Source: a virus
Lineage: Duplodnaviria > Caudoviricetes
Length of the DNA stretch: 35,620 bases
Virus record (IMG/VR): IMGVR_UViG_3300032162_000004
Span: 1 to 35,620 of that record
Direction: 5' to 3' (one strand)
Positions 1-9,321 of this stretch are shown piece after piece; position 1 is the stretch's first letter; every line of letters starts with the position of its first letter. Made by a program: the position numbers and the translations under genes. Below the pieces are notes generated by a model. The model had not been told where the DNA came from, did not search any database, and saw only the letters and a program-made list of their open reading frames with translations.

Positions 1-153
1 GAGCTGCGTCACCTGGCCGGGTGCTACGGGCTGTGGCGGGGCCGCAGTCGCGGCACCCGTCAGCACACCCTTCGCAACCAGCTCGGCGCGGAGGGCGTCC
101 GCTTTGTCAGAAGCAGCCTTGGCCGCGATCAGAGCCTTGATTGAGAACGCCAT
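1..153 (-). CDS. 5' part of a hypothetical protein, probably a tail appendage; truncated by the window edge
   Basis: ATG at 153 lies 1 nt after the TAG of the GH26 gene; open frame MAFSIKALIAAKAASDKADALRAELVAKGVL... runs to the edge. Confidence 0.7.
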   Translation of the reverse strand, partial: MAFSIKALIAAKAASDKADALRAELVAKGVLTGAATAAPPQPVAPGQVTQL

Positions 154-154
154 G

Positions 155-2422
155 CTACGCTGCTCCGCCTGCCGTGGGGGTGGGATCGGTGATCGTGTCT
201 TCCCAAAGGCCAAGATCAGTTGGCTTGAGCGTCACGGTCCCGGCCTGGCCGTGGTAGAACGTCGCCTTGAACCCCGTGAGCCGAGACGTGACGGTGAACG
301 GAATTGCAACCCGCTTGGCCACGTTCAGCGGCAGCCTAGTGGTGTCCAAGATCGTCGCCGGAACCAGATCGCCCGCCTCCCCCGATATACGAAGTTCAGC
401 AGTATCGGTGCCGACCGTGCGGGTCAGCGTGGTCGAGAACAGATATTTGCCGGGGGGGATGACAGGCTGCGTCAGGTTGATCTGCTGGTTGCCGGACGCG
501 TTCCCGGCACCGTCGAATGCGAGGGTGTTTGCGGTGCGCGCGACGGTTCCGTTGCCGATGTAGCCGTTATACCAAGGCCCAACCGAAAGGTCCTGACCTC
601 CCGAGATCAGGTTGATCTGGACGAACGGCTCGGTCGGATACTTCGCCGTATTGAACCGATGCCGATACGCGGCACCGTTCGCTAGAAGCCTACTGCCTTC
701 GCTCAGCTTGCTCGGATAGGCGCCGTCAGAGTCCCAATAGTTGGAATAGACCACGTTGTGATCAATGCACCACTGGTCGTAGAGGGCGATATACGGTCCG
801 AAGTTATCAAGCCGGATACCCCATTCCGGAATGCAGATCGGCTTGTTATGCAGCGTGGCAAAAGCAACCAGGTCGTTCAGCCCGAACTGCTGCGTCAGCA
901 TGAAATCCCAGGCCAGGTAGGGATCGCTGGGTGCGCCGAACTCGGGATAGTGATAGAAATCCATACCGATCAGGTCGCAGAAACCGTCGCCCGGATAGGT
1001 CACGCGCCAGTCGTCGCCGCCGATGTTCGGGCCATAGACGATTTTGAATTTCGGGCTGACGGCGCGAAAGGCTGTCGCAAAGTTCTGGAAAGCAGTTACG
1101 AATGCGGCTTCTTTGCCGTTGCTAGCCCAAGGCATTTGACCGTATAGGTTGTGTTCCCAGGCGGTCCTGATATAGATGACGGCCTGATTTGCTATCGGGA
1201 ATACCTGACCGGTGTTTGGATCAGGTGCGAGGATTGACTGCGCCGCTTGGGTATAGAGCGCGTTGTAATCCCCGGCGGCGGCAGCTTCTAAGGTTGCTCC
1301 GTTCCAGATCAGGGGCACGGATAGGCACATCGGCCCGGCGTAGCCGTTGGCCCCTATGCAATACCGGACGGAGCCAAGGAAATCAGCCCTGTTCTGCGCC
1401 TCCGTCTTACTGGAATCGCCCTGCCCCGTGTGCACGGACGCCAAATCCGGAGCCTTGCCCAGCCAGGTCTGGTAGTCCGCAATCTCGGTCGTGTTGTTCG
1501 GGCAATAGGTGCCGATCAGGGTCGTCCGGGCCGCTACTGGCGTTGCCACAAGTGCCAGGGGGCCGGTATAGGTGATGGACACCTGTGATCCTGGAGCCGG
1601 TGCTGGTGTGGGCGCGGGGGTCGGCGCGGGAGCGGGGGTAGGTGCCGCACTAGTGCTGGAACTTGCCACAATTGCCGCTGGACTGTTAATAGTGAATACC
1701 TGGCCCGTGGCGGCGGTGATTGAAGTCGCGCCGACGGCAGCGCTAGTGAAATCAACATCAACGACCTTAGAGCCGTTGGCGATGATTTGCACTGCTTTGA
1801 TAGCCATCGCAGCTGGAGTAAGAGTGTCTGTGTTAGGACCAATTTGCAACGCCGCAGTATTAAATCTTAGCTGCGAGTCTGCGGATATGGTTTGCGTGCT
1901 GCCTGCCTGAGTATAGTTCACTCCATCAGGGCTGGAATACATCATTAGTTGCATTGAATTAGCGCCAGAAAAAGCATAGGTCATCCGCACCCATGTGTCT
2001 GTCGTGGTAGAAACACCTATGCCAATGCCTGTATAAGTGTAGTTAGGGCTTGTTCCAGCGGCATTTGAAAAAAGAAACCCCAAGTTTCCATCAGCTTGAA
2101 CGCCGAATATCCAGCCCGAGAAACTATCGCCCAAACAGCTCACCAAACGGCCGATATAACCGTTTACCTTGAGAGTATCGGTTGACAGCTTCACGCGAAT
2201 ATCCAGCGACACCAGCGCCGCCGACAGGAATGCGTCCTGGTGCGGCGTAGTTGCCGTGCCGGTGCCATTCAGTTTCATTGCGTTCGGGCCGGAATAGGTG
2301 GACACGGTGCCGCTGCTGGACGTGCCGCCCCCGTCCGCGAGCGCCTTCAGCGCAACTAGGTTGGCTGGCGTGAAGTTGAGCAGCTTGCCGATCTCGGCAG
2401 CCGTCGTGAGATGATAGGCCAT
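155..2422 (-). CDS. Modular glycoside hydrolase: LamG/ConA-like domain, Pro-Ala-Thr linker, GH26-like catalytic domain, C-terminal CBM-like beta-sandwich
   Basis: GH26-type motifs IYIRTAWEHN, YPGDGFCDLIGMDFY and KPICIPEWG; linker APTPAPAPTPAPTPAPAP; beta-rich flanking domains. Confidence 0.8.
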   Translation of the reverse strand: MAYHLTTAAEIGKLLNFTPANLVALKALADGGGTSSSGTVSTYSGPNAMKLNGTGTATTPHQDAFLSAALVSLDIRVKLSTDTLKVNGYIGRLVSCLGDSFSGWIFGVQADGNLGFLFSNAAGTSPNYTYTGIGIGVSTTTDTWVRMTYAFSGANSMQLMMYSSPDGVNYTQAGSTQTISADSQLRFNTAALQIGPNTDTLTPAAMAIKAVQIIANGSKVVDVDFTSAAVGATSITAATGQVFTINSPAAIVASSSTSAAPTPAPAPTPAPTPAPAPGSQVSITYTGPLALVATPVAARTTLIGTYCPNNTTEIADYQTWLGKAPDLASVHTGQGDSSKTEAQNRADFLGSVRYCIGANGYAGPMCLSVPLIWNGATLEAAAAGDYNALYTQAAQSILAPDPNTGQVFPIANQAVIYIRTAWEHNLYGQMPWASNGKEAAFVTAFQNFATAFRAVSPKFKIVYGPNIGGDDWRVTYPGDGFCDLIGMDFYHYPEFGAPSDPYLAWDFMLTQQFGLNDLVAFATLHNKPICIPEWGIRLDNFGPYIALYDQWCIDHNVVYSNYWDSDGAYPSKLSEGSRLLANGAAYRHRFNTAKYPTEPFVQINLISGGQDLSVGPWYNGYIGNGTVARTANTLAFDGAGNASGNQQINLTQPVIPPGKYLFSTTLTRTVGTDTAELRISGEAGDLVPATILDTTRLPLNVAKRVAIPFTVTSRLTGFKATFYHGQAGTVTLKPTDLGLWEDTITDPTPTAGGAA

Positions 2423-2438
2423 TGCGGATCGCTCCGGG

Positions 2439-2744
2439 TTAGGGTGTGGTGCTAGCCACGACGGCGCCAGCCGTGCGAAGCGTGCCGTTGGGAAGCAGGG
2501 CGGCCTGCACGGTGCCGCCGAATGCGAAGGTCAGAGCGCCGTCAGCGCCACGTGTGGCCTGGGTCCAGCCCGGCGTCGGCTTGTCCCAGGCGTTGCCGAC
2601 GTCGGACAGCACGTGGATGGCAGCGCCGGTGCCGCGCATGTCGATGCACGCTTGCGCCACGAGCAGGCTGTCGTCCCCGCCCGCGCCGACCGTGCCCCAC
2701 TCGCGGATAGAACGAAGCGGGCCGGCACGACGGGAGTAGGCCAT
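2439..2744 (-). CDS. Hypothetical protein, tailspike-like fragment
   Basis: Coupled to the upstream gene (TGATG); SIREWGTVGAGGDDS resembles the start of beta-helix tailspikes. Confidence 0.6.
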   Translation of the reverse strand: MAYSRRAGPLRSIREWGTVGAGGDDSLLVAQACIDMRGTGAAIHVLSDVGNAWDKPTPGWTQATRGADGALTFAFGGTVQAALLPNGTLRTAGAVVASTTP

Positions 2745-3511
2745 CAGTAGAGGCCGAACTTCCCGCCGCCGTAGGACAGCACGCCGAGCGCGTCGTAAGC
2801 GCTGTCCATTACCTTGGTCGGCTGCCCGTCAATGGCACCGTTGGCCGGCGGCGTCAGAGTGATCGGGTTCGTGGCCGCATCGCCCTTGCCATCCTTAATC
2901 GTGACGCGCACGCCGTCGAGCAAATTGACCACGGTGGGCTCGCCGACCGTCTTGTTGATGACCAAGAAGCCGCCTGCGTCGCTGGCCTGGACGGTAACTG
3001 GGCCGGCGGCGGTCACGGTGCGGATGGTGACGCCCGGGGGGGCAGAGGTTGCGGGCTTGTTGGTCAAATCGTTGTAGCTACCGCTAGTCGCCACCGTCGC
3101 AAGCGAGGATGTCTGCGCAGCACCGACAATGCGGCTGTCGTTGCCTGCCGCGACCGTGCCCGCCGTAGTACCGACCGTGACGTTGCCAGATGCAGGCTTG
3201 TTGAGAAGGTCAGCATAGTTGCCAGACAGCGCTACGGGAGCCAGCGCTGGTATATGGCTCAAATCGGTATAGTTGCCGGTTGTCGCTACCGATGCGAGCG
3301 TTGGAGGCGTTAGAATAGCCGGCTTGTTAATGAGGTCGGCATAGTTGCCAGTCGTTGCCACAGTAGCCAGCGACGGCAATACGCCTCCAGTTTGTACCGG
3401 AATCTGGAACAGCCCCGCTGGCGTTGCGCCGCTCCGGGGGCGGATCACGTAGGTGAAATCTGTGGATTGCCCGGCGTCTGGACGTGCGGGAGGGGCGGCG
3501 AAATCAACCAT
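2744..3511 (-). CDS. Tail fibre protein with LATVAxxGxYxDLxNKP repeats
   Basis: Four copies of the fibre repeat plus the VGTTAGTVAAGNDSRI fibre motif. Confidence 0.8.
   Translation of the reverse strand: MVDFAAPPARPDAGQSTDFTYVIRPRSGATPAGLFQIPVQTGGVLPSLATVATTGNYADLINKPAILTPPTLASVATTGNYTDLSHIPALAPVALSGNYADLLNKPASGNVTVGTTAGTVAAGNDSRIVGAAQTSSLATVATSGSYNDLTNKPATSAPPGVTIRTVTAAGPVTVQASDAGGFLVINKTVGEPTVVNLLDGVRVTIKDGKGDAATNPITLTPPANGAIDGQPTKVMDSAYDALGVLSYGGGKFGLY
3052..3371 (-). repeat. Coding repeats (four of about 17 aa) in the tail fibre
   Basis: LATVATTGNYADLINKP, LASVATTGNYTDLSHIP, LAPVALSGNYADLLNKP, LATVATSGSYNDLTNKP. Confidence 0.85.
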
Positions 3512-3514
3512 TTG

Positions 3515-3862
3515 TTACGCTCCGAATGTGATTGCTTGGCCGTCGAAGGTGATCGTGCTGCCTGGCACGAGGGCATTGGCAGCCGTCGTTGTCGCCGCCG
3601 TCGTAGTGATGGTGGTGGTGTCGAAGGCGATTGGCTGACCGTCGAAGGTCGGCACGGTGCCGTCGAAGGCGCTGCCCGTCGCGGGCGTCGTAGCGGTGCC
3701 GCCCCCGGCCACGATCTGCGCACCCGCCTGCGCCACAGCCCGCGTCACGGCGTCGGCGATAGCTCGGTTCAGATCGTCAACGGTCAGGCTCCCAGGCGCC
3801 GCCGGCAATGCCAGCGAGGGCGCGAACGCCTGTGCAACAGGGTCGTAAGCGGATAGCGCCAT
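3515..3862 (-). CDS. Hypothetical protein with FDG repeats
   Basis: GGGAG RBS; fits between its neighbours; repeats FDGTVP, TFDGQPIAFD, ITFDGQAITFG. Confidence 0.7.
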   Translation of the reverse strand: MALSAYDPVAQAFAPSLALPAAPGSLTVDDLNRAIADAVTRAVAQAGAQIVAGGGTATTPATGSAFDGTVPTFDGQPIAFDTTTITTTAATTTAANALVPGSTITFDGQAITFGA

Positions 3863-3888
3863 AGGGCGTGGCTCCCAGGGTCAAGGGC

Positions 3889-3912
3889 AAAAGGCGAGCG
3901 TAGTGCTCAGCC
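3889..3912 (-). terminator. Putative intrinsic terminator after the ejection genes
   Basis: Minus strand GGC(T)GAGC-ACTAC-GCTCGCC followed by TTTT, just after the stop at 3916. Confidence 0.5.
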
Positions 3913-3915
3913 TGG

Positions 3916-6900
3916 TCAGTGCAGGAGCGCGTTGCCCCGGCTGGATGCCGCCGGACCGGTCGGCATCAGGCTGTTCTGCGACGGCGCGGTGAACTGCTGC
4001 CGTTGCCCGCTCTGCGCTGCGGACACCAAGGACAGCCGGCCAACCTGTGCGGCCAGCCCTGACATCAGCGAGGCTTGGTTCTGCGGCGTCACCTTGGCCA
4101 TCAGGGAGCGCATCAGCGCCGGGTTCAGCAGCGCCTGGCTGACGAGGTGATCCACGTTGCGAATGCCGGCCTGGCGCATGGCTTGAACGGCTGCGGCGCC
4201 CGCGCCAGCACCCATACCTGCAACCGCACCCGGTATGCCTCCCACCAGCGAGCCAACCAACGTCCCGCCAGTCGTTGTGAGTGCCGCACCCAACTTGCCG
4301 CTGAAAGTGCTCAGGAACGTCTGCACCGGCTTAGCGGCGTTCTGCGCCGAGTCCGACCCTGTGCCCACCCGCGTTCCATCCGACGACAGCCGCGACTGCG
4401 CCAGGCTGTCCGCCACGCTGCGCAAATCCTTCATCTGCTTTGGTGACATGATCTGCTCCAGCGCCTGGCTGCGGTCACGGATCAGCCTTTGAAGCTGGTC
4501 GCCCTTGAAATATGTTTCCGCACTGGTGGCGCCTTCGCTGTTGCCCTTGAGGGCGGTCAGGATGTGATCGCGCACGGCGCCTTGCAGCCCGGCGCGGGCC
4601 TCCGGGTCGTTCTTGGTCAGCTCGGCCAGGTGCGCCATGTCGGCGACCGCCGTCTTACTGTTGATGACGCTGCCCATCTGACGCACCGGGTCCGCATCGC
4701 CCAAGAACTTGCCGGCCACGCTGTCCTGCTGCGCCTTGATCGCCGTGGCGCGGGTTGCCATTGCGTCATCCACCGTGCGCTGCGCCGTCTTGGCGGCCTG
4801 CTGGATGGTGCTGTCCACCGCCTTGCCGACATCGGCAGCGCGTCGGGTGGCATCGGCTGCGCTGCCAAACCTGGCGGCGGCATCGGGGATTTGCGACAGG
4901 AACGCCTGCCGCTGCTGCGCCCAGGCTGCATACTTGGCCGGATCAAGCACGCCGTCCTTCATCGCAGCCTGCCGCAGGGAGAACGCGGCGGCCTCAGATA
5001 GCGCTTCCGGTGTGCCGCCGGCGGCTAGGTATGCCTTGGCCGTTTCAGCACCAGCGGCTCCCGTGCGGACAATTAGGCTGGGAACGGCACTGTCAAGCGC
5101 ACGGAAAGTGCCACCGTCCCTGCCGCCCTGCAGCGCCGGACCAACGCCCTCCGCATTCTTGAATGTGGCAACTCGATCACGGGTCGCCTGGCGTGCGGCG
5201 GCGTAGCGGGCAGCGGCGTCCGCGTCGAAATTGGGGGTTAGCGGTTCAGCGCCCGGTAAGCCCGCATTTCCCGCAGCATTTCGAGATCCCCGTCCCGCCT
5301 GATTTGCTGCTCCGTCAACGCCAGAAACCCCGGCCTGTCCGCCAGAGGCACCTGCTGGATCACCACCGCCAGCGCTTCTCCCGGTGCCAGTGGCTTGCTG
5401 CTGCTGTGCTGCACGGTATTCATCAACCTTCGCTTGGTAGCGCGACACCATAGCCTGATCAGGGTGCATCGTTCCAGCGGCAACTTGGCTGCTATCCCGG
5501 CCCGCCTGCTCCTGCATCCCGCCTTCCATCGCCTGATGCACGCCGTCCAGCAGCATGGACATGCGCCGCACCGCCTGCGGATCGCCCTGCGGCCCCCGCT
5601 CATTGCGGATCGCATCCGTCAGCCTTGACCGCAGCGCCGACAGGTCGCGGAACGACTGCACGTCCGGCAGCTCCGCCGCCGTCTTGAACACGCCAGCCTC
5701 CGCTCCAGCCAGCGGAGCCGCGTTGGGCGACATTTCGCCCAGGATGCTCGCGGCACCGTCCTTGATGGGCTTCATGTTCACGGCCAGGGTGCCGTTGGGG
5801 TCCACTGCGTCCCACAACGCCCTCTCTTGGGTGCGCGTGGCTTGGCTCGCCGCGTCCAGTGGTGCCCGCAGCATGGCGCCGACCTGGTTATCAGCGTCCG
5901 CCGGCAGGTTGCCGCCGATGGCATTCGTTGCCTGCGTCGCGCGGTCCTGTGCCACCGTCCGCAGCGCCTCGGCCTGCGTCGTGACATCGCTGGCCTGCTG
6001 CGTTGCCAATGCCTGTGTCCGCGCCACTTCGGCGTCGTGATGCGCGAGCAGGTCCGCCGCCGTTCCCTTCATGAACTGCGTGGCCGCAGCCGGATCGGTC
6101 CCTGCGGCGATGCCCTGAACCGTCTGCACCCGTGCGTCATTCTGCGAGTCCTGCCGGGCGCGGAAGTCCTGCGGGTCCGGCCCGGTGCGCGAGATGCTGC
6201 GCTCGGCCTGCCCCATCGCCGGGTCGCGCGTCAATTGGAATGAGGTCGGCCCAGATGGCTTGCCGTCCGCCGTCATTGCCATCGGCGGCGCCGCATCCAA
6301 CGCAGAACGCACCGCGGGAGCATCGGACACGAGACCATTTATGCGCTCGCCGGCCATGCGCGCCTGGTTCGACGTGGCGGTCAGCGCGTCGCCGCCTTCG
6401 GTCGTCAACGGCTGCCCGGCCGCGTCCAGCAGCGCGTTCGGCTTGCCGACGACGGGCGCCACAAACTCAGACAGCTTGTTGATGGCTGGACGGGCAATGG
6501 CCCGCGCGCCAGCAACCCCCGCAGCAGCGGCGCCCGGCACAATCACGCCGCCCAGCAACCCCGCCGCCGGTTTCAGGTCATCAGGCGCAGCATCGGATGC
6601 AGCCTGGCCACCCACGCCAGACAGGGCGCCGATGCCGAGCGCTCCTGCCGCGCCAAGCAGGCCGCCTGGCCCCATGCCAGCCATTCCCGCAGCCCCAGAG
6701 ACACCAGCCCTGGTGTAACGCTCTAGGTCATTGGCTGGCACGACATCCGATGGCGCTGTTGCCCCTATGGCGCGAGCACCACTGTCAACCAAGCGTTCGG
6801 CTGGCCCAGGCCCATCGTCCAGCAGGAACTGCTGCAACTTGGGGTCCATCGGTTGATAGCCGAGCGCACGTGCCCCGAGGTTGTAAGCGCCGGTGCCCAG

Positions 6901-7176
6901 CGTCACGATCTGCTTGCCGATGAAGCCGGATGGATTGGATGCGGCGTCTAGGACGCCAGCGCTTGTTTGAGCCAAGCCCGCGCCGATGTTCGCTGCCAGT
7001 CCGCTGCGCTGGCCGGGCAAAGCTGTAGGGGCGGCAGCAGATGCAGGCGCGGCAGGCTCAGCCGCCGACGCAAAGCCGAACTCGCCCGCCGGTGCCGGTG
7101 CTGCATACTGCGTCCAAGGCCCGCTGGCGGCAGGTGCGGCCGGCTGCGGTGCGTAGGCATCCCAAGGGCCAGCCAT
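3916..7176 (-). CDS. Large internal virion / DNA ejection protein
   Basis: 1086 aa, Ala/Gly/Gln-rich and helical; N-terminal GPWxxY repeats; third gene of the ejection trio. Confidence 0.75.
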   Translation of the reverse strand: MAGPWDAYAPQPAAPAASGPWTQYAAPAPAGEFGFASAAEPAAPASAAAPTALPGQRSGLAANIGAGLAQTSAGVLDAASNPSGFIGKQIVTLGTGAYNLGARALGYQPMDPKLQQFLLDDGPGPAERLVDSGARAIGATAPSDVVPANDLERYTRAGVSGAAGMAGMGPGGLLGAAGALGIGALSGVGGQAASDAAPDDLKPAAGLLGGVIVPGAAAAGVAGARAIARPAINKLSEFVAPVVGKPNALLDAAGQPLTTEGGDALTATSNQARMAGERINGLVSDAPAVRSALDAAPPMAMTADGKPSGPTSFQLTRDPAMGQAERSISRTGPDPQDFRARQDSQNDARVQTVQGIAAGTDPAAATQFMKGTAADLLAHHDAEVARTQALATQQASDVTTQAEALRTVAQDRATQATNAIGGNLPADADNQVGAMLRAPLDAASQATRTQERALWDAVDPNGTLAVNMKPIKDGAASILGEMSPNAAPLAGAEAGVFKTAAELPDVQSFRDLSALRSRLTDAIRNERGPQGDPQAVRRMSMLLDGVHQAMEGGMQEQAGRDSSQVAAGTMHPDQAMVSRYQAKVDEYRAAQQQQATGTGRSAGGGDPAGASGGQAGVSGVDGAANQAGRGSRNAAGNAGLPGAEPLTPNFDADAAARYAAARQATRDRVATFKNAEGVGPALQGGRDGGTFRALDSAVPSLIVRTGAAGAETAKAYLAAGGTPEALSEAAAFSLRQAAMKDGVLDPAKYAAWAQQRQAFLSQIPDAAARFGSAADATRRAADVGKAVDSTIQQAAKTAQRTVDDAMATRATAIKAQQDSVAGKFLGDADPVRQMGSVINSKTAVADMAHLAELTKNDPEARAGLQGAVRDHILTALKGNSEGATSAETYFKGDQLQRLIRDRSQALEQIMSPKQMKDLRSVADSLAQSRLSSDGTRVGTGSDSAQNAAKPVQTFLSTFSGKLGAALTTTGGTLVGSLVGGIPGAVAGMGAGAGAAAVQAMRQAGIRNVDHLVSQALLNPALMRSLMAKVTPQNQASLMSGLAAQVGRLSLVSAAQSGQRQQFTAPSQNSLMPTGPAASSRGNALLH
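5238..5423 (-). CDS. Candidate overprinted 61-aa protein inside the ejection gene
   Basis: ATG at 5423 after GAAGG; protein-like helical sequence exactly where the host frame turns Gly-rich and low-complexity. Confidence 0.45.
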   Translation of the reverse strand: MNTVQHSSSKPLAPGEALAVVIQQVPLADRPGFLALTEQQIRRDGDLEMLREMRAYRALNR

Positions 7177-9321
7177 CTACTGCACGGCCTGCCATGATGA
7201 CGGGCTGGCCGGGTTGCCGCCAAGGAACCGATGCCCCTGCTGCACGGTGCCAACCGCAGGCACCACCGGCGCAGATGCCGATCCTGCCTGCGTGGATCGC
7301 GGCTGCATGGATATGCGCCCCGTCTTGCCTTCCACGGTGTCATTCGGCGCAGCGCGAGAGACAACCTCCAGTGCGCGGCGGTATTCGTCCGCCGACAATC
7401 CCGTAGCCCAGCCCTTGACCGGCTTGCCGTTCACTTGGCCGTCTGCCGCCGACAGCCCAGCCAGCGCGCCAATGGCGCCGGCATAGACCTGCGGATTGCG
7501 CTGCCCCTGCCACTGCCGGTCGTATTCGGCCAGGGTCTGCGCGTAAGGCCCCTGGCCCGTGCGGAACGGTGCGGCGTTGGTCGAGAAGTGATCCTGTGCG
7601 CCTTTGGAGTAATCGGCATCGGCCTGCGCGCCGATGAGCTGCTTGGCCAAGATCGCTTGGTTGGTGTTCGGCAGCAGCGCATCGGACGGGTTGGCGGACT
7701 GAAACAGACGGATAGCCTGATAACCGCCGCGGGCGCCCAGGACGCCACGCTCCGCCGAGCCGGCGCCCATTAGCGCCAGCTTGCTGAACTCCTGCGCGGC
7801 CTCTGGATTGGTCATATTGGCGGCGCGGCTGGCAAACGATGCTGCAACGTCCTTCGGCAGATATTGCGCCGCAGCCTGGATGAGTTGCTGCGAAGTCGCC
7901 CCTGGAGTGATCTGCCCCACCAGATCACGCATGGTCTGCAGGTTGATTTGCGAAGACCGCGCAGCCTGGCCGGCATCCGCAATGCCACCAATCTCCTTGC
8001 TGTCCCGCTCATAATCTGCCGTCTGCACCGTGGCCGGATTGACGGGGGCCTGGTAGGTGCCACCCTGACCCGGCTGCGGCATGGTGGCGGGAGCGCCGAG
8101 CTGGAGGGATGCAGCCGTAGCGGGGGCACCGACGCCAGCCGTGCCCGGCGTAGTCAGCGTCTGCCCCGGCCCAACCGTCATTGGCTTGGCGCGGTCCATG
8201 TTCAGGTCCACCGCCGCATTCGCCGCGTGCGTCTGCTGCGCCCCGAGTTGCGTCACACCCTCGTTCATAGCGTGCAGTTGTGCTTCCGGCGCCACCTTGC
8301 CAGCAGCGGTAGCATTTGAAGCCGCGGAAATCGCGCCGTAACCGCCCGGCACCGCGACCACGTTGCCTTGGCCGTCCGTCACCGCGCCGACCTTCGGGAT
8401 TTGATCCAGCGCCTGCTGGAACGCCGCAGCGGCCCGCATCCCGGCGCCCTTCGGTTCCGCCAGCGCCATCTGCCGCATCAGAGCGATGCGACGGACCTCC
8501 GACTGCGCCGAATTGGGCTGTTGCGAGGCCGGTGCAGACGCAGAAGCTTGCGCCGCTGGCAGAACGCCAGAACTTGGATCGTTCGATGCCACCTGCACAC
8601 CAGCAGACGGAGCCGGGGCGCCGTTCATCATTGCGGCCACAGTGTCGCTATGCCCCGCCGCGTGCATCGCCGACATACCGTGAGCCACATAGGCTTGCGC
8701 GCCGGGCGACAAGCCGGCAATACCCTTGCCGCTGGCGATGGCTGCCTGCATGGCGCCCGGTCCAGCATTGTAGGCTCCCAGCGCGTAGTCAGGGCGCCCA
8801 AACTTCTCTTGCATCATGTGCAGGTATTCGGTGCCCACCTGCTTGCCGATATCCGGCTGCGCCGCGAGCTGCGCGTGTGTGTAGTTCGTGCCAAGCCGCG
8901 TGTTCACGTCGGCCAGCGCCTCGGGATGCACCTGCATAGGGCCGGCAGCCTGCCCGCCGTCGCCCATGATGCCGGGCCGCATGGACCCCCTGCTTTCGTT
9001 CTGATGCACAGCATCGGCCAGCGAGAACCCGCCAGACACTGGCGTGCTGCCCTGGCCAACCGTAGCCGAACCGGGGGCTGCCGACAGCGTATTAGGCGTG
9101 GCGGGGGCTGCGTTCGATGCACCAAGATCGGTTAGCCCGTTGATGCCTTGCAGCAGCATGTTGACCTGCGCCGGCTGCACCGCCGCCGTGTAGTCGTTCT
9201 GCATCTGCGCGCCGCGCAGAGCTTCTTGGCCAGACTGAACCTGCAACGCATGAAGATACGGCTGCGCCGCATCCAGTAGCGTGTTTTGGACCGGAGTTAC
9301 GTCGCCAAACATGCCCGCCAT
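7177..9321 (-). CDS. Ejection protein with a lytic transglycosylase (SLT) domain
   Basis: SLT motifs AVHQNES, AAGPMQV, EYLHMM and ALGAYNAGPG. Confidence 0.85.
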   Translation of the reverse strand: MAGMFGDVTPVQNTLLDAAQPYLHALQVQSGQEALRGAQMQNDYTAAVQPAQVNMLLQGINGLTDLGASNAAPATPNTLSAAPGSATVGQGSTPVSGGFSLADAVHQNESRGSMRPGIMGDGGQAAGPMQVHPEALADVNTRLGTNYTHAQLAAQPDIGKQVGTEYLHMMQEKFGRPDYALGAYNAGPGAMQAAIASGKGIAGLSPGAQAYVAHGMSAMHAAGHSDTVAAMMNGAPAPSAGVQVASNDPSSGVLPAAQASASAPASQQPNSAQSEVRRIALMRQMALAEPKGAGMRAAAAFQQALDQIPKVGAVTDGQGNVVAVPGGYGAISAASNATAAGKVAPEAQLHAMNEGVTQLGAQQTHAANAAVDLNMDRAKPMTVGPGQTLTTPGTAGVGAPATAASLQLGAPATMPQPGQGGTYQAPVNPATVQTADYERDSKEIGGIADAGQAARSSQINLQTMRDLVGQITPGATSQQLIQAAAQYLPKDVAASFASRAANMTNPEAAQEFSKLALMGAGSAERGVLGARGGYQAIRLFQSANPSDALLPNTNQAILAKQLIGAQADADYSKGAQDHFSTNAAPFRTGQGPYAQTLAEYDRQWQGQRNPQVYAGAIGALAGLSAADGQVNGKPVKGWATGLSADEYRRALEVVSRAAPNDTVEGKTGRISMQPRSTQAGSASAPVVPAVGTVQQGHRFLGGNPASPSSWQAVQ

